Below are positions 41,938 through 53,720 of a DNA stretch of 64,000 bases, one piece after another (position 1 is the stretch's first letter; each line of letters begins with the position of its first letter). The stretch is from Phycisphaerales bacterium (lineage in GTDB: Bacteria > Planctomycetota > Phycisphaerae > Phycisphaerales > UBA1924), in NCBI GenBank assembly GCA_965227775.1, contig OZ245777.1, forward strand, positions 1,152,001-1,216,000. Direction: 5' to 3'. The notes beneath the pieces were generated by a model. The model was not told the DNA's origin and searched no databases. It saw only the letters and a list, made by a program, of their open reading frames with translations. The translations under genes and the position numbers were made by a program.

Positions 41938-42084
41938 CTAAGTGTACGCGCACGCAGCTTTTCGGTCCCCACGGTGGAAGTATTCGGCCGACTCCGGGCT
42001 GCAACGCCCGGTGATGCTTGTTTCATCCCGGTGCAGCCATCCATGGGTGGTTCTGGCAAGCCGGGAGCGCACGGGAGGCGTCCG

Positions 42085-42810
42085 GTGTCCGTTCGATTCC
42101 CCGTTTGGATGAACGTGCTGCCCACGGTGGGTGCGATCGGTGGGGCCCTGAGCCTCATTGGTGCTGTCACCATCGTGACTTACTACTTCACGCCCAAGTA
42201 CTGGGAGGTTGGCTACATGCCCACCCAGCCAGGCTCGGGCTTCAGCCACCAGATCCATGCTGGAAAGCTTGGTATGGACTGCCGCTATTGCCACACGCAC
42301 GTGGAGAAGTCGGCCGAGGCGAACGTGCCGCCGGTTTCGACGTGCATGGGCTGCCACACCGATGGCATGCTCGCGCCCGCGTACGACCCGCAAGAGAAGG
42401 TCGAGTTCATCCGCACCGCGTGGACTGAAGATGCGTCGATCCCGTGGGACCGCATCCACAAGGTGCCCGACTACGTGCGCAACTTCCCGCACCACATCCA
42501 CGTGAACGCGGGCGTGAGTTGCTACTCGTGCCACGGCCAGATCGAAGCGATGCCCGTGGTCTACCAGGCGCACAGCCTCAGCATGAGCTGGTGCCTCGAC
42601 TGCCACCGCGGTGTGGGCGACGCGCTCGAGGGCCACGACAACCCCGCCGACTACCTCGTGCCGCACGACAAGGTCGTCGACCTCGAATGGGTCGAGACCG
42701 TGTGGCTCGGTGACATGGCCGGCACCCAGGCCCAGACCGCCAGCATCCAGGCCGTCCTCGAGGGCATCCGCAAGATGCCGCCAGAGAACTGCGGGGCGTG
42801 CCACTACTAG
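42085..42810 (+). CDS. actA: Alternative complex III pentaheme cytochrome c
   Basis: N-terminal TM helix and five CxxCH motifs (CRYCH, CMGCH, CYSCH, CLDCH, CGACH). GGGAGG RBS before GTG 42085; ATG 42043 is an alternative start. Confidence 0.92.
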   Translation: MSVRFPVWMNVLPTVGAIGGALSLIGAVTIVTYYFTPKYWEVGYMPTQPGSGFSHQIHAGKLGMDCRYCHTHVEKSAEANVPPVSTCMGCHTDGMLAPAYDPQEKVEFIRTAWTEDASIPWDRIHKVPDYVRNFPHHIHVNAGVSCYSCHGQIEAMPVVYQAHSLSMSWCLDCHRGVGDALEGHDNPADYLVPHDKVVDLEWVETVWLGDMAGTQAQTASIQAVLEGIRKMPPENCGACHY

Positions 42811-42865
42811 CTTCGCTCGGGATCGCTTCGACTCGAATCAGGCTCTCCAGCCGGAGAACGACCGC

Positions 42866-45800
42866 ATGGCAGAGAAGACCATCGACCAGTGTCCCTCGAC
42901 GCGTGGCAAGCGCGAGATCGATCGCGCGCCCCGGAAGCTCGCCCAATCGTCCGGCCGCGCCGTGTGGCGCAGCATGGACGAGTTCGTCGACAAGCCCGAG
43001 TTCCGTGAGTGGCTTGGCCGCGAATTCCCAGCGCGCGCCAGCGAACTGCTCCAGGGTTCCAGGCGAGACTTCCTGAAGGTCATGGGCGCTTCGCTGGCCC
43101 TGGCTGGCGCGGCCACCATCCCGGGCTGCCGCCGCCCCGATCACACGATCATGTCCTACTCGCGCGAGGTGCCCGAGGACCAGGTACCCGGCCGCGCGAA
43201 GTACTACGCCACCGCCATGCCGCTGCCCGGCGGCGGGGCCGAGGGTCTTCTGGTCGAGACGCATGAGGGTCGCCCGACCAAGATCGAGGGCAACCCGCTG
43301 CACCCCATCAACCAGGGAAAGTCGAGCGTCTGGTCGCAGGCAAGCGTGCTCGACATGTACGACCCGTATCGTCTGATGCAGGTGACCTACGACAACCCTG
43401 CTCAAGGCCCGCTGGCAGCAACGTGGGACGACTTTGGTGTCTGGGCGCGCAGCAACGATGGCTTTGCCCGCTACGACGCGAGCGGTGGGCGCGGCTTGGC
43501 CTTCATCGCCGGCAAGCAGACCAGCCCCAGCCGCGACGCGATGCGCGACGCCGTGCTCCGCCGCTGGCCCAACGCCCAGTGGGTGGCCTATGAGGCGCTC
43601 GAGAACCCGAGCGCCGTCGAGGCATCGCGTCTCGCCTTCGGCCAGCCCATGACCGAGGAGTTGCGTCTCGAGAACGCCAAGCGCTTGGTGCTCGTGCAGC
43701 GCGACCCCGCGTACGAAGACGGCGACAGTCTGCGCAACGCCCGTGGCATGACCGCGCACCGCGCGCCCATGTATGCCAAGGACGAGAGTGGCGCGCCGAT
43801 CGACATGAGCCGCATCTACGCCGTGGAAGGCTCGCTCACCGTGAGCGGCGGCAAGGCCGACCACCGCATGCGTCTCGCCCCCTCGCTGCAGCCCGCGTTC
43901 GTCGTGGCGCTCGCCATGGCGCTCATGAGCGAACTCGGCGGCGACGCCGGCATCCGTGCGGCTCTCGACGCCGTGCCCACGCCACAGGGTGTCTCGCTGA
44001 ACGACGTCTGGATCCGCGAGTGCGCCGCCGACCTTGCATCGCACCGCAACGAGTCGATCGTGCTCGTCGGTTCGTCGCTGCCCGTGGGCATCCATGCCCT
44101 GGCGCACGCGATGAACGCGGCGCTCGGCGCGGTCGGTCCGGTGGTGCGGTACCGCCCGATGCCCTCCGACCTGGCGATCAACGGCCACGCGGCGCTCATT
44201 TCGCTGGGTCAGGCCATCGACGCCGGCCAGGTCAGCACGGTCGTGTGCCTCAACGCCAACCCCGTGTACGACGCGCCCGTCGAGGCGAACTTCGCCGAGC
44301 GCTACGCGAAGGTGCCCACACGCGTGAGCCTGAGCGTGCAGGACACCGAGACGGCCGCCGCCTCGACCTGGCGCCTGAACGGCACGCACTACCTCGAGCA
44401 GTGGGGCGACGTCGTCGCTCATGACGGCACGCTGAGCGTTGTCCAGCCGATGGTCGCGCCGATCTACTTCGGCAAGAGTGAGATCGAACTGCTGGCCTTC
44501 CTCGCCGACGAGACGTTCGAGGAAGAAGAGCGGCTGACCCACCTCGAGCAATCGGCGCGCAAGCAGGGCGCCATCGTCGTTGACGGTCAGGACGGCCCGA
44601 CCCGGATGGGCAACGCCGATGAGGTGTTCCCAGAAGACGCTCCAGCAGATGATGCCGAAGGCGGCTCCGAGCTGCCCGTGTGGCCCAGCGGCCACACGAT
44701 CGTGCGCTCGGTCTGGCGGCGCACGATGCGAGAGCGGTTCGGTGTTTCGTCTCGCAGCGAGTTCGAGAAGCAATGGCGCCGAGCGCTGCACGACGGCCTC
44801 GTTGCCAACTCGTCCACATCGGCGCAGTCGCCTGCGGCGAACCTCTCCAATCTGGCCAACAGCATCCGCACCGTCCGGCTGAGCGCGGCGCCCGCGGGCG
44901 AGTCGCTCGACGTGCTGTTTACGCCGGGCCGCACGCTCGATGGTCGGTTCGCCAGCAACGCCTGGATGCAGGAGTTGCCCGACATCGGCACGATGACAAC
45001 CTGGGACAACCCGGCGCTTATCAGTCCGGCGACGGCCCAGAAGCTCGGCCTCGTGCCCGGCGGCGGCAACCCCAAACACGTCTACCTCCGCGAGCATACC
45101 ACGGGCAAGATGGTCCGCCTCAACGTTGGCGGCCGTACGCTCGAACTGCCGGTGTGGATCTGTCCCGGTCTCTCGGATGACACCGTCGTGCTGCGGCTCG
45201 GCTACGGCCGCACGCGTGGCGGCCCTGTTGCCGAGGGATCGGGCTTCGACACCTACACGCTCCGCGAGGCCGGCCAGTATGCGGCGATGGGCGCCCAGAT
45301 CGAGCGCGTGCCGGGCGATTACTGGATCGCGAGCACGCAGAACCACTGGTCGCTCGAGGGCCGCACCGAGATCGTCCGCCGCGTCGAACTGCCCGCGTGG
45401 CAGAAGTACGGCGACCACGTCGATAAGGACTACACCGACGAGTACGGGCTCGCGACGAGCGAGCTGAACTTCGCCGAGCAGCTCGGCACGGTCAGCCACG
45501 CGCCGCCAAACCGCTCGATCTACCACAACCCCTACAACAAGGGCACGGGCGAAGACGCCGAAGGCAAGGGCGATGCTGAGCCCGGCTCGACGTATGACCA
45601 GGGCCCGCAGTGGGGCATGACCATCGACATGGGCTCGTGCATCGGCTGCGGTGTGTGCACCGTTGCTTGCCAGAGCGAGAACAACATTCCGGTCGTCGGC
45701 AAGCAAGAGGTCGCCAAGGGCCGCGAGATGACGTGGATCCGCGTCGACCGATACTTCATCGGCGACGAGCTCAACGAGCCCGACGAGATCATGCACCAGC

Positions 45801-46699
45801 CCGTCGCGTGCGTGCATTGCGAGAACGCACCCTGCGAGGTCGTGTGCCCGGTCAACGCGACCGTGCACGGGCCCGAGGGCCACAACTACATGGTCTACAA
45901 CCGCTGCATCGGCACGCGGTATTGCGCCAACAACTGCCCCTACAAGGTCCGCCGCTTCAACTTCTTCGATTACGGGACCAAGCAACTCGACGGCGGCCTG
46001 AACGAAGAGACCAGTCGCGCTACCGGCGGCATCTTCGACGACAAGCTGCCGCCCAACCAGCACTTCATTCCGCCTCGGTTGCGAGCCAAGCTCACCGAGA
46101 TCGAGAAGATGGGCAAGAACCCGAACGTCACCGTCCGCTCGCGCGGCGTGATGGAGAAGTGCACCTACTGCATCCAGCGCACCAACAACGCCAAGATTGA
46201 GACCAAGCTCAAGGGCCTCGAGGCCGTGCCCGAGGGATTCGTCCAGACCGCGTGCCAGCAGGCGTGCCCGACCGATGCGATCGTCTTCGGCAACATCCTC
46301 GATCCCGAGAGCCAGGTGACCAGGACGCGCGACAGCGGCCGCAGCTACGCCGTGCTGGGCTACCTCAACACGCGGCCGCGCACGACGCACCTCATGGCTG
46401 TGCACAATCCGAACCCCGAGCTGCTGAAGGCGGGCGACGCGAAGGACCAGGAGCGGTACAAGTACCTCGACTGGCACCCGCACGACGTGAAGTGGGTCAA
46501 GAAGGGCCTCGAGCCGCACTACCAGCACATGGACGAGCACGGCCACGGCGATGGTCATGGAGACGACCACGGCGGCGAACCGCACGCACGCCGAGGCACG
46601 AGCTTCATCGACCTCGATCGGCGTGACGACGACGCCGGATACGCCCTCAGCCTGAAGGTGCTCAAGAAGGCCGCGATGCCACAGGGAGGCTTGCTGTGA
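42866..46699 (+). CDS. actB: Alternative complex III subunit B (Tat-variant molybdopterin-oxidoreductase-like domain plus Fe-S domain)
   Basis: WRSMDE...REFP...[17 protein letters not shown]...[52 protein letters not shown]...CQQAC. Confidence 0.95.
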   Translation: MAEKTIDQCPSTRGKREIDRAPRKLAQSSGRAVWRSMDEFVDKPEFREWLGREFPARASELLQGSRRDFLKVMGASLALAGAATIPGCRRPDHTIMSYSREVPEDQVPGRAKYYATAMPLPGGGAEGLLVETHEGRPTKIEGNPLHPINQGKSSVWSQASVLDMYDPYRLMQVTYDNPAQGPLAATWDDFGVWARSNDGFARYDASGGRGLAFIAGKQTSPSRDAMRDAVLRRWPNAQWVAYEALENPSAVEASRLAFGQPMTEELRLENAKRLVLVQRDPAYEDGDSLRNARGMTAHRAPMYAKDESGAPIDMSRIYAVEGSLTVSGGKADHRMRLAPSLQPAFVVALAMALMSELGGDAGIRAALDAVPTPQGVSLNDVWIRECAADLASHRNESIVLVGSSLPVGIHALAHAMNAALGAVGPVVRYRPMPSDLAINGHAALISLGQAIDAGQVSTVVCLNANPVYDAPVEANFAERYAKVPTRVSLSVQDTETAAASTWRLNGTHYLEQWGDVVAHDGTLSVVQPMVAPIYFGKSEIELLAFLADETFEEEERLTHLEQSARKQGAIVVDGQDGPTRMGNADEVFPEDAPADDAEGGSELPVWPSGHTIVRSVWRRTMRERFGVSSRSEFEKQWRRALHDGLVANSSTSAQSPAANLSNLANSIRTVRLSAAPAGESLDVLFTPGRTLDGRFASNAWMQELPDIGTMTTWDNPALISPATAQKLGLVPGGGNPKHVYLREHTTGKMVRLNVGGRTLELPVWICPGLSDDTVVLRLGYGRTRGGPVAEGSGFDTYTLREAGQYAAMGAQIERVPGDYWIASTQNHWSLEGRTEIVRRVELPAWQKYGDHVDKDYTDEYGLATSELNFAEQLGTVSHAPPNRSIYHNPYNKGTGEDAEGKGDAEPGSTYDQGPQWGMTIDMGSCIGCGVCTVACQSENNIPVVGKQEVAKGREMTWIRVDRYFIGDELNEPDEIMHQPVACVHCENAPCEVVCPVNATVHGPEGHNYMVYNRCIGTRYCANNCPYKVRRFNFFDYGTKQLDGGLNEETSRATGGIFDDKLPPNQHFIPPRLRAKLTEIEKMGKNPNVTVRSRGVMEKCTYCIQRTNNAKIETKLKGLEAVPEGFVQTACQQACPTDAIVFGNILDPESQVTRTRDSGRSYAVLGYLNTRPRTTHLMAVHNPNPELLKAGDAKDQERYKYLDWHPHDVKWVKKGLEPHYQHMDEHGHGDGHGDDHGGEPHARRGTSFIDLDRRDDDAGYALSLKVLKKAAMPQGGLL

Positions 46700-48312
46700 G
46701 CCAACTACCTCCGGACCAACGCACCAGCGAACGCCTGGCCGGCCGGGCCCCAGAGGCCTCGGGCTTCAGCCCCGAGCCCGGCACTGGCGACGGCTCGCTG
46801 ACCGAGGATCCCTCGTACCGCGCGCCGCTCGTGCTCAACAACCGCTCGGTGCACGAGATCACCGAGATCGTGTGTGGATATGCCGAGAAGGCGCCCGGGC
46901 GCTGGTGGCTGCCGCTCTTTGGGCTGTCAGCCACCATTGCCGGCATGGGCCAGTTGATGATCCTCTACCTGATCATCACCGGCGTGGGCGTGTGGGGCCT
47001 CACCAACCAGGTCGACTGGGCGTGGGACATCACCAACTTCGTGTTCTGGATCGGTATCGGCCACGCCGGCACGCTCATCAGCGCCATCCTCTGCCTCTTC
47101 AAGCAGCAGTGGCGCACGGCGGTGAACCGCTCGGCCGAGGCCATGACGATCTTCGCGGTGATCTGCGCCGGCATCTTCCCGGGCATCCACGTCGGCCGGG
47201 CCTGGATGGCCTGGTTCCTGGCGCCGGTTCCCAACAGCAACTGGATCTGGCCCAATTTCCGAAGCCCGCTGCTGTGGGACGTGTTCGCGGTGAGCACCTA
47301 CGCAACCGTGTCGCTGCTGTTCTGGTTCATGGGCATGATTCCCGACCTGGCAACACTGCGTGACCGTGCCGACCTTCGTTTGTTGAAGGACCCGCACCAG
47401 CCCCGCCTGCCGTTCACGCCCTTCAAGCCCGACACGCTCCGCTCGTTCATCTACGGCTTCCTGTCGTTGGGCTGGCGCAACTCGAGCCGCCACTGGATGC
47501 GGTACGAGAAGGCCTACATCCTGCTCGCCGGCCTTTCGACGCCGCTGGTGCTCAGCGTGCACTCGATCGTGTCGTTCGACTTCGCAACGTCGATCCTGCC
47601 CGGTTGGCACACGACGATCTTCCCGCCCTACTTCGTCGCGGGTGCCGTGTTCGGCGGATTCGCCATGGTGCTGTTCCTGCTGATCCCCGCTCGCGAGCTG
47701 TTCCCCAACATGAAGGACCTACTCACTCTCCGCCACCTGGAGAACATGAGCAAGATCCTGCTGCTCACGGGCATGCTTGTGGGCTTCGCCTACGCGATGG
47801 AGTTCTTCATCGCCTGGTACGGCGGCAACGACTTCGAGTATTCGGTCTTCGCGTTCAACCGTGCCCTGCCCACGTGGCTCCACGAAGATGGCGCGCCGTA
47901 CTGGTGGGCCTATTGGACCATGATCGGCTGCAACGTGATCAGCCCGCAGCTGTTCTGGGTGAAGGCGCTGCGGCGCAATCCGATCGTCATCTGGATTGTC
48001 GCGCTCGCGGTCACCATCGGCATGTGGTTCGAGCGCTTCGTGATCATCGTCACCAGCCTCCACCGCGCGTTCATTCCCGGCGAGTGGCACATGTTCTACC
48101 CCACGTGGGTCGACATCCTCACGTTCGTCGGCTCGTGCGGCATCTTCATGACGCTGTTCCTGCTGTTCCTGCGATTCCTGCCGATCTTCCCGATCGCCGA
48201 GATCAAGGCCATCCTTCCCGAAGCCGACCCGCACGGTCACGGCCACGGGCATGGCCACAGCGACGACGCGTCCGACACCTCCGCCCCCAGCACCGAAGGG
48301 GAGGGACACTGA
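46696..48312 (+). CDS. actC: Alternative complex III subunit C (NrfD/PsrC family)
   Basis: [56 protein letters not shown]. Confidence 0.95.
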   Translation: MSQLPPDQRTSERLAGRAPEASGFSPEPGTGDGSLTEDPSYRAPLVLNNRSVHEITEIVCGYAEKAPGRWWLPLFGLSATIAGMGQLMILYLIITGVGVWGLTNQVDWAWDITNFVFWIGIGHAGTLISAILCLFKQQWRTAVNRSAEAMTIFAVICAGIFPGIHVGRAWMAWFLAPVPNSNWIWPNFRSPLLWDVFAVSTYATVSLLFWFMGMIPDLATLRDRADLRLLKDPHQPRLPFTPFKPDTLRSFIYGFLSLGWRNSSRHWMRYEKAYILLAGLSTPLVLSVHSIVSFDFATSILPGWHTTIFPPYFVAGAVFGGFAMVLFLLIPARELFPNMKDLLTLRHLENMSKILLLTGMLVGFAYAMEFFIAWYGGNDFEYSVFAFNRALPTWLHEDGAPYWWAYWTMIGCNVISPQLFWVKALRRNPIVIWIVALAVTIGMWFERFVIIVTSLHRAFIPGEWHMFYPTWVDILTFVGSCGIFMTLFLLFLRFLPIFPIAEIKAILPEADPHGHGHGHGHSDDASDTSAPSTEGEGH

Positions 48313-48313
48313 C

Positions 48314-48898
48314 ATGGGCATCCTCGGTTTCCCATCAAAGGCCGACCACGGCTTCCGCACGCCAGACGGCGGCGTCGTCCACGGCATCATGGCCGAGTTC
48401 GCCTCGTCGGCCGACGTGTATCACGCCGCCGAGAAGGTCCGCGATGCGGGCTTCCAAAAGTGGGACGTGTTCGCGTCGTTCCCGATCCACGGCATCGACG
48501 AGGCCATGGGCCTGAAGCGGACCAAGCTCCCCTTCATCGTCGCCGGCGGTGCCATCACCGGCATCTCGGCCGCCCTGGCAATGCAGTACTGGATGACGGC
48601 GGTCGATTACGCCATCGTCGTCCAGGGCAAGCCATACGACGCGTGGGAGCCATTCGTGCCCATCACGTTCGAGCTTGGCGTGCTCTTCTCGGCGTTCGCG
48701 TGCCTTATCGGCATGCTCGCCCTTAACGGCCTTCCGCGGTGGAACCACCCGCTGCTCAAGAACGAGCGCTTCCTTCGGGTGAGCGACGACAAGTTCGTCA
48801 TCGTCATCGAGGCGGGCGACTCCAAGTTCCAGGGCTCCGACACGGTCGCGATGCTCGAAGAGATCGGCGCCACCCATGTCGAGTTGGTGGAGGAGTAA
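48314..48898 (+). CDS. actD: Alternative complex III subunit D (DUF3341)
   Basis: FPIHGIDEAMG, VQGKP, FVPITFELGVL; 2 TM; position after actC. Confidence 0.92.
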   Translation: MGILGFPSKADHGFRTPDGGVVHGIMAEFASSADVYHAAEKVRDAGFQKWDVFASFPIHGIDEAMGLKRTKLPFIVAGGAITGISAALAMQYWMTAVDYAIVVQGKPYDAWEPFVPITFELGVLFSAFACLIGMLALNGLPRWNHPLLKNERFLRVSDDKFVIVIEAGDSKFQGSDTVAMLEEIGATHVELVEE

Positions 48899-48902
48899 GC
48901 AC

Positions 48903-49685
48903 ATGCAACGCCGAAGCACCAGGCTGGCCTTGCTCTTCTCGATGACCGCGGCGACGCTCGCTTCGACGGCCCTGCTGTCGGGCTGTCGCGGCGATCGCTC
49001 CGAAGAGAACCCACGCCAGTTCTTCCCCGACCTCGATGACAACCCGAACTTCAGCCCCCAGGACGCCACGCCGTTGTTCGCCGACGGCCGCCAGATGCGC
49101 CCGCCGGTCGATGGCACCGTGGCCTTCGGCTCATTTACGTTCACCGAGGCATCGCTCGAGGGCGACGCCGAATGGGCGGACGAGTTCCTCGACGAGCGTC
49201 GCGAGATGCTGGCCGAGGGCAGCCAGAACTACGTGGGCCTGAACGAGGACGGCACGTTCGTCCAGACCATGCCCGCGGCAGTCACGGCCGAGTTGCTCGC
49301 GCGAGGTGAGGAGCGCTTCAACATCTACTGCGCCGCGTGCCACGGATACGCCGGCGATGGCAACGGCATGGTGGGGCGGCGCTGGTCGGCCCCGGTCCCA
49401 AGCTTCCATGATGCGAAGTACAAGGACGAGAGCGAGCCGACCAGCGGCGATGGCTACCTCTTCCACATCGCACGCCACGGCCTGAAGCACCCCGACGGCC
49501 GATACCGCATGCCCGGCTATGGCCACGCGCTGAGCACCGAAGACACCTGGGCCGTCGTTGCCCACATCCGCGTGCTCCAGCAGACGTTTGACAACGATCC
49601 GCAATCACTGCCCGCCGCCGAGCGAGACCAGCTCGATCCGCGTGGCGGTTCAACCGAGACTTCGCAGCCAGGAGGTGGCCAGTGA
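48903..49685 (+). CDS. actE: Alternative complex III monoheme cytochrome c lipoprotein
   Basis: Lipobox LSGC, FADGRQMRPPVDGTV, RFNIYCAACHG, MPGYG. Confidence 0.92.
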   Translation: MQRRSTRLALLFSMTAATLASTALLSGCRGDRSEENPRQFFPDLDDNPNFSPQDATPLFADGRQMRPPVDGTVAFGSFTFTEASLEGDAEWADEFLDERREMLAEGSQNYVGLNEDGTFVQTMPAAVTAELLARGEERFNIYCAACHGYAGDGNGMVGRRWSAPVPSFHDAKYKDESEPTSGDGYLFHIARHGLKHPDGRYRMPGYGHALSTEDTWAVVAHIRVLQQTFDNDPQSLPAAERDQLDPRGGSTETSQPGGGQ

Positions 49686-51004
49686 GCAGCATTGCCGCCA
49701 ACCAGCCACCCATCGAGCAGCCGGCCCACCTGCAGGACCCGGCGCTGCGTGATGAGAACATCACGCTCGAGCCTTCGAGCGTGGGCCTCGCGTGGAAGGC
49801 GCTCGTCGGCCTGGGCTTCATCGGCATCGCTATCGCGATCGCCGGTGTGTTTGTGCTATCGGGTCCGACCGACATGAATGCCGCCCTGTTGCACGTTAAG
49901 GGCATCCTGCTGATCGGCACGCTCAGCGTGCTGGGCTTCAGCGTCGGTTCGCTCTTCTTCATCATGATCAACGCCGTCGGCGCCGCCGGCTGGCACGTCA
50001 CGATGAAGCGCGTGCTCGAGCAGGGCGCGGCGCTCATCTGGCTTCCGGTCCTGGGCTTGGTGCTCTTCGGGATCTCCGAGGTCATCTCGGTGCAAAGCGA
50101 CAGCGTGGGCGTCGTCTCCAGCTGGCTGAATCCTGAGATCATCGACGAGGGCTACTTTATCACCAAGAAGGGGGCGTATTTCGACCCCATCTTCGTGGGC
50201 GCTCGCATGGCGTTCTATGTGGTGGTTTGGTTGGGCCTCAGCCGCTTGGTCTGGAGCATCTCACGCAAGCAGGAGCGCACCGGTGATCGCTGGCTGACCA
50301 ATAAGCTCTCCTTCCACTCGGCCTGGGGCCTTGTGGTCATGGCGCTCGCGACCGCATTCTTCAGCTTCGACTGGATGATGGCGCTGACCGACTACAAGTT
50401 CTTCAGCACCATGTGGGGTGTCTACTTCTTCGCCGGAACGTTCTTTGTGACCTTCCCGGCCATGGCCTTGCTGTTGACGTTCCTTCGCTCGAAGGGCAAG
50501 ATGCAAGGGCTCATCACCCAGGAGCATCACCACGACCTGAGCAAGTACATGTTCGGGTTCATCGTGTTCTGGGGCTACATCGCGTACAGCCAGTACTTCC
50601 TGATCTGGTACAGCCAGATTCCCGAAGAGACCACCTGGTACATGCACCGCCAGGCCGAGTGGCCCGGGCTGACCATGTTCCTGGTCTTTGGCCACTTCCT
50701 CGTGCCGCTGGTCCTGATGTTCCCTCGGGCCATGCGTCGCAACACGCTCGGCTTCGGCACGATCGCCGCGTGGATGATCTTCATGCACGTGGTCGACCTG
50801 TATTGGATCATCCGTCCGTCGCTCGGGATCACCCTCGAGAATCCGGTCGGCTTCACGCAGGGCCTTTGGGTCGACGTTGCCGGCATCGGCGGCATCGTGG
50901 CGCTGTACACGGGCGTGCTGTTGTGGAGACTGACCAAGGCACCCCTCGTGAATCGCATGGAACCCCGTATGCCGGAGGCTCTCGGCCACAAGAACTACAT
51001 CTGA
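49682..51004 (+). CDS. actF: Alternative complex III subunit F
   Basis: FDWMMAL...FSTMWG, HDLSKYMFGF, YSQYFLIWYSQIPEET; about 10 TM segments. Confidence 0.92.
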   Translation: MSSIAANQPPIEQPAHLQDPALRDENITLEPSSVGLAWKALVGLGFIGIAIAIAGVFVLSGPTDMNAALLHVKGILLIGTLSVLGFSVGSLFFIMINAVGAAGWHVTMKRVLEQGAALIWLPVLGLVLFGISEVISVQSDSVGVVSSWLNPEIIDEGYFITKKGAYFDPIFVGARMAFYVVVWLGLSRLVWSISRKQERTGDRWLTNKLSFHSAWGLVVMALATAFFSFDWMMALTDYKFFSTMWGVYFFAGTFFVTFPAMALLLTFLRSKGKMQGLITQEHHHDLSKYMFGFIVFWGYIAYSQYFLIWYSQIPEETTWYMHRQAEWPGLTMFLVFGHFLVPLVLMFPRAMRRNTLGFGTIAAWMIFMHVVDLYWIIRPSLGITLENPVGFTQGLWVDVAGIGGIVALYTGVLLWRLTKAPLVNRMEPRMPEALGHKNYI

Positions 51005-51080
51005 GCCGTTTTCACCGGGTCTCCTAGGGATTCCCGTTGTGTAGAGGGCGACGATTCAAGCTTGGAACAAGACCAGCCGT

Positions 51081-51097
51081 ACAGTAATTTGTACTGT
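51081..51097. promoter_or_regulatory. Candidate operator, perfect palindrome ACAGTA-N5-TACTGT
   Basis: ACAGTAATTTGTACTGT in the 124-bp gap between actF and the next gene. Confidence 0.55.
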
Positions 51098-51128
51098 TCT
51101 GCAGGAACCAGGCAGTCAGGAACGAAGC

Positions 51129-51485
51129 ATGAGCGATCACAACCACGATGACTGGTTTGCACACACGCGCGAGGAAGGCCTGCCCCAAGAGGAGCATGCC
51201 GGCCATGTCGATACGCGTGCGCTGCTGATCTTCTACATGGGCATGCTGGCGTTCGTCGTGATCTCCATCGTCGGCGTGGCGTTGTTCTTCAAGAGCTACG
51301 TGCAGAACGTGCGCGTTCGCAACATCGAGACGCTGCAGCTCGCCGTCGACGCCAACGAGTACAAGGCCGAATCGCTCGAGGACATGACCGAGTACGGCTG
51401 GTCGGGCCAAGTCCTCGAGGGCGCCGCCCGAATCCCGATCGAGGAAGCGCGGCAGAAGGTGCTGCAGAGCTACGGCCAGCGATAG
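51129..51485 (+). CDS. Small single-TM protein, probable ActG
   Basis: One TM helix; YGW...ARIPIEEA resembles ActG; lies between actF and sco. Confidence 0.7.
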   Translation: MSDHNHDDWFAHTREEGLPQEEHAGHVDTRALLIFYMGMLAFVVISIVGVALFFKSYVQNVRVRNIETLQLAVDANEYKAESLEDMTEYGWSGQVLEGAARIPIEEARQKVLQSYGQR

Positions 51486-51507
51486 GAACGGAGACCGCCG
51501 AACGACC

Positions 51508-52443
51508 ATGACCAGGATGAAGCGCACACTTGCGACACTGTCGGCAGCCCTCGGGCTGGCGGCGTCATCGTTTGCGCAGATCATCGAAGACGAGGTCCCC
51601 ATCGAGGCGCGCGGGCTCGACATCGTCGAGAAGCTTGGCGAGCGGGTGCCCCTCGATGCAGAGCTGACGACCGCCGAGGGTGAGACCGTCCGCCTGGGCG
51701 ACTTCTTCGACAGCGAAGACGCGCCCGAGCGCGGCAAGCCGACCATCCTGCTCCTGGTCTATTACGACTGCCCGGTCGCGTGCCCTGCCATGCTGGGCAA
51801 CATGAACAAGGCCTTCAACGGCATCAACGACTGGACAATCGGCGAAGAGTACAACGTGCTGTCGGTGTCCTTCGACCCGACGAACACGCAGGAGCAGGCC
51901 CAGCAGTACGCGATGCTGTATCGCTCGGGATACGAGAAGAACCTCGAGGCCCCCGAGACGGTCGCACAGGGGTACCAGTTCTTCCTCGCCAGCGCCGACA
52001 CGTCGCGGGCCATCGCAGACTCGGTTGGCTTCGGCTACCGCTACCTGCCCGACATCGACGAGTACGCCCACGCTACCGGCGCGGTCGTGCTCGCGCCCGA
52101 TGGTACCGTGTCGCGGTACTTCTACGGCTTCGACTATCCGTCCCGGCAGGTCCGGCTCGCGATGCTCGACGCCGCCGACGGCCGCGTGGGTGGGAGCTTT
52201 GGCGACCGCGTCCTGCTCTTCTGCTTCACGTACGACCCAAACAGCAACTCATATAGCTTGGCCGCCTTCCGCGTGGTGCAGGTGGGTGCGGTGATCACGA
52301 CACTGCTCGTGGTCGGCCTGCTCGCCACGCTGAAGATTGGCGAGCGCATCGCAAAGCGTCGGCAGGCGCGTGATGAGAACAACGACGACTCCGGACTTGA
52401 CGGTGGACGCCTCAGCGGGCGCACCGTGGGAGCCCACGCATGA
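51508..52443 (+). CDS. SCO1/SenC copper chaperone
   Basis: YYDCPVAC (CxxxC), YAH, SRYFYG, signal peptide and C-terminal TM helix. Confidence 0.92.
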   Translation: MTRMKRTLATLSAALGLAASSFAQIIEDEVPIEARGLDIVEKLGERVPLDAELTTAEGETVRLGDFFDSEDAPERGKPTILLLVYYDCPVACPAMLGNMNKAFNGINDWTIGEEYNVLSVSFDPTNTQEQAQQYAMLYRSGYEKNLEAPETVAQGYQFFLASADTSRAIADSVGFGYRYLPDIDEYAHATGAVVLAPDGTVSRYFYGFDYPSRQVRLAMLDAADGRVGGSFGDRVLLFCFTYDPNSNSYSLAAFRVVQVGAVITTLLVVGLLATLKIGERIAKRRQARDENNDDSGLDGGRLSGRTVGAHA

Positions 52444-53684
52444 CCGCGATCAACGCCGCAATGGCGCACGCATCGAACGCCCTGGCCTCAGCGAGCCTGC
52501 AGGACCTCTTCTGGTTCGGCGGGAAGAGCTACACCGACGCCGGCCGGCAGGCCGACTGGATGTTCATGTTCATCTGGTGGCTGTCGGTGGCATTCTTCGT
52601 CGTGCTGATGGTCCTAATGGTGTATTGGGCCTTCCGCTGGCGCCGCCGCAAGGGTCAGGCCGCTCCGGCGAGCCCCAGCCACAACACGCCGCTTGAGATC
52701 ACGTGGACGGTCATCCCCACGATCTTCTTCTTCGTGATGTTCTTCGAGGGCTTCCGCGGCTACATCAACCTGAACTACACCAAGGTTGGCGCTATCGAGG
52801 CCAACCTCATGGCGTTCCAGTGGAGCTGGACGCTCGAGTATCCCGGCGGCCAGATCACGACCGAAACGGCGACGAGGACCAAGGGTGCCCACGTCGGAGA
52901 CAAGGAACAGGACTTCGCCAGCATCGCGGCTCCGGTGTGGTACTTCCCAGAGAACGAGCCCGTGCTGCTGCGGATGACCAGCCGCGACGTGATCCACAGC
53001 TTCTGGATTCCCGACTTCCGCGTGAAGCAGGACATCTTCCCCAACCGCTACACCAGCTACGCGTTCACGCCGGACCCGCTCGACGACACCGCGCACATCA
53101 TGGAGGATGAGGAACTAGGCGCGTATCCATATCGCGACCACATCCTGATGTGCGCTGAGTACTGCGGCGATGCTCACTCGGAGATGGCCGGGCTCATCCG
53201 CATCGTGCCCAAGGACATCTATGAGGCGAAGCTCGAAATCTTCGGCTCGCCGCGGGGCACACTCGCAGAGCGTGGCCAGATCGTCTCCCAGCAGAACGGC
53301 TGCTTCTCGTGCCACTCCGTGGATGGCGCGCGAAACACCGGCCCGACCTGGAAGGACCTCTACAACAACGAGCACCAGTACACCGACGGCAGCACGATCC
53401 TCGCCGACGACAACCACATCCGCGAGTCCATCTACGTTCCGGCGGCCAAGATCCGTACGGGTTACCCGAACCAGATGGTGAGCTACCAGGGCACGATCAG
53501 CCCCGAGCAGCTCGGATGGATCATCGCGTATATGAAGACCTTGAGCGAAGCTACGCCAGAGGCCGAACTCGCCCAGACCCAGGTCGATCCCGATGCCGTT
53601 GAGGGCGAAGGGACCGGCGAGGGTGGTGAGGGCGCCGACACGGCCGGCGATGGCTCGATGGAAGGAACCCCCAGCGATGGTTGA
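52440..53684 (+). CDS. coxB: Cytochrome c oxidase subunit II with fused cytochrome c (caa3 type)
   Basis: LEITWTVIP, FQWSW, DVIHSFWIP, CuA motif CAEYCGDAHSEM, C-terminal CFSCH. Confidence 0.96.
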   Translation: MTAINAAMAHASNALASASLQDLFWFGGKSYTDAGRQADWMFMFIWWLSVAFFVVLMVLMVYWAFRWRRRKGQAAPASPSHNTPLEITWTVIPTIFFFVMFFEGFRGYINLNYTKVGAIEANLMAFQWSWTLEYPGGQITTETATRTKGAHVGDKEQDFASIAAPVWYFPENEPVLLRMTSRDVIHSFWIPDFRVKQDIFPNRYTSYAFTPDPLDDTAHIMEDEELGAYPYRDHILMCAEYCGDAHSEMAGLIRIVPKDIYEAKLEIFGSPRGTLAERGQIVSQQNGCFSCHSVDGARNTGPTWKDLYNNEHQYTDGSTILADDNHIRESIYVPAAKIRTGYPNQMVSYQGTISPEQLGWIIAYMKTLSEATPEAELAQTQVDPDAVEGEGTGEGGEGADTAGDGSMEGTPSDG

Positions 53685-53720
53685 CGCCGCCGCTGTGCAG
53701 CTTGATCTTGGAGGCGCACG

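Noticed and set aside
42866..45540. ActB as an independent molybdoenzyme
   Set aside because: The actA-F context identifies ACIII, whose B subunit has this fold without a Mo cofactor.
42578..46585. Very long antisense ORFs (1335 aa here; also 30409-33678, 2775-5117, 15926-18250, 11457-13469)
   Set aside because: They mirror well-supported sense genes and have no motifs. They are the expected stop-poor shadows of strong GC codon bias.
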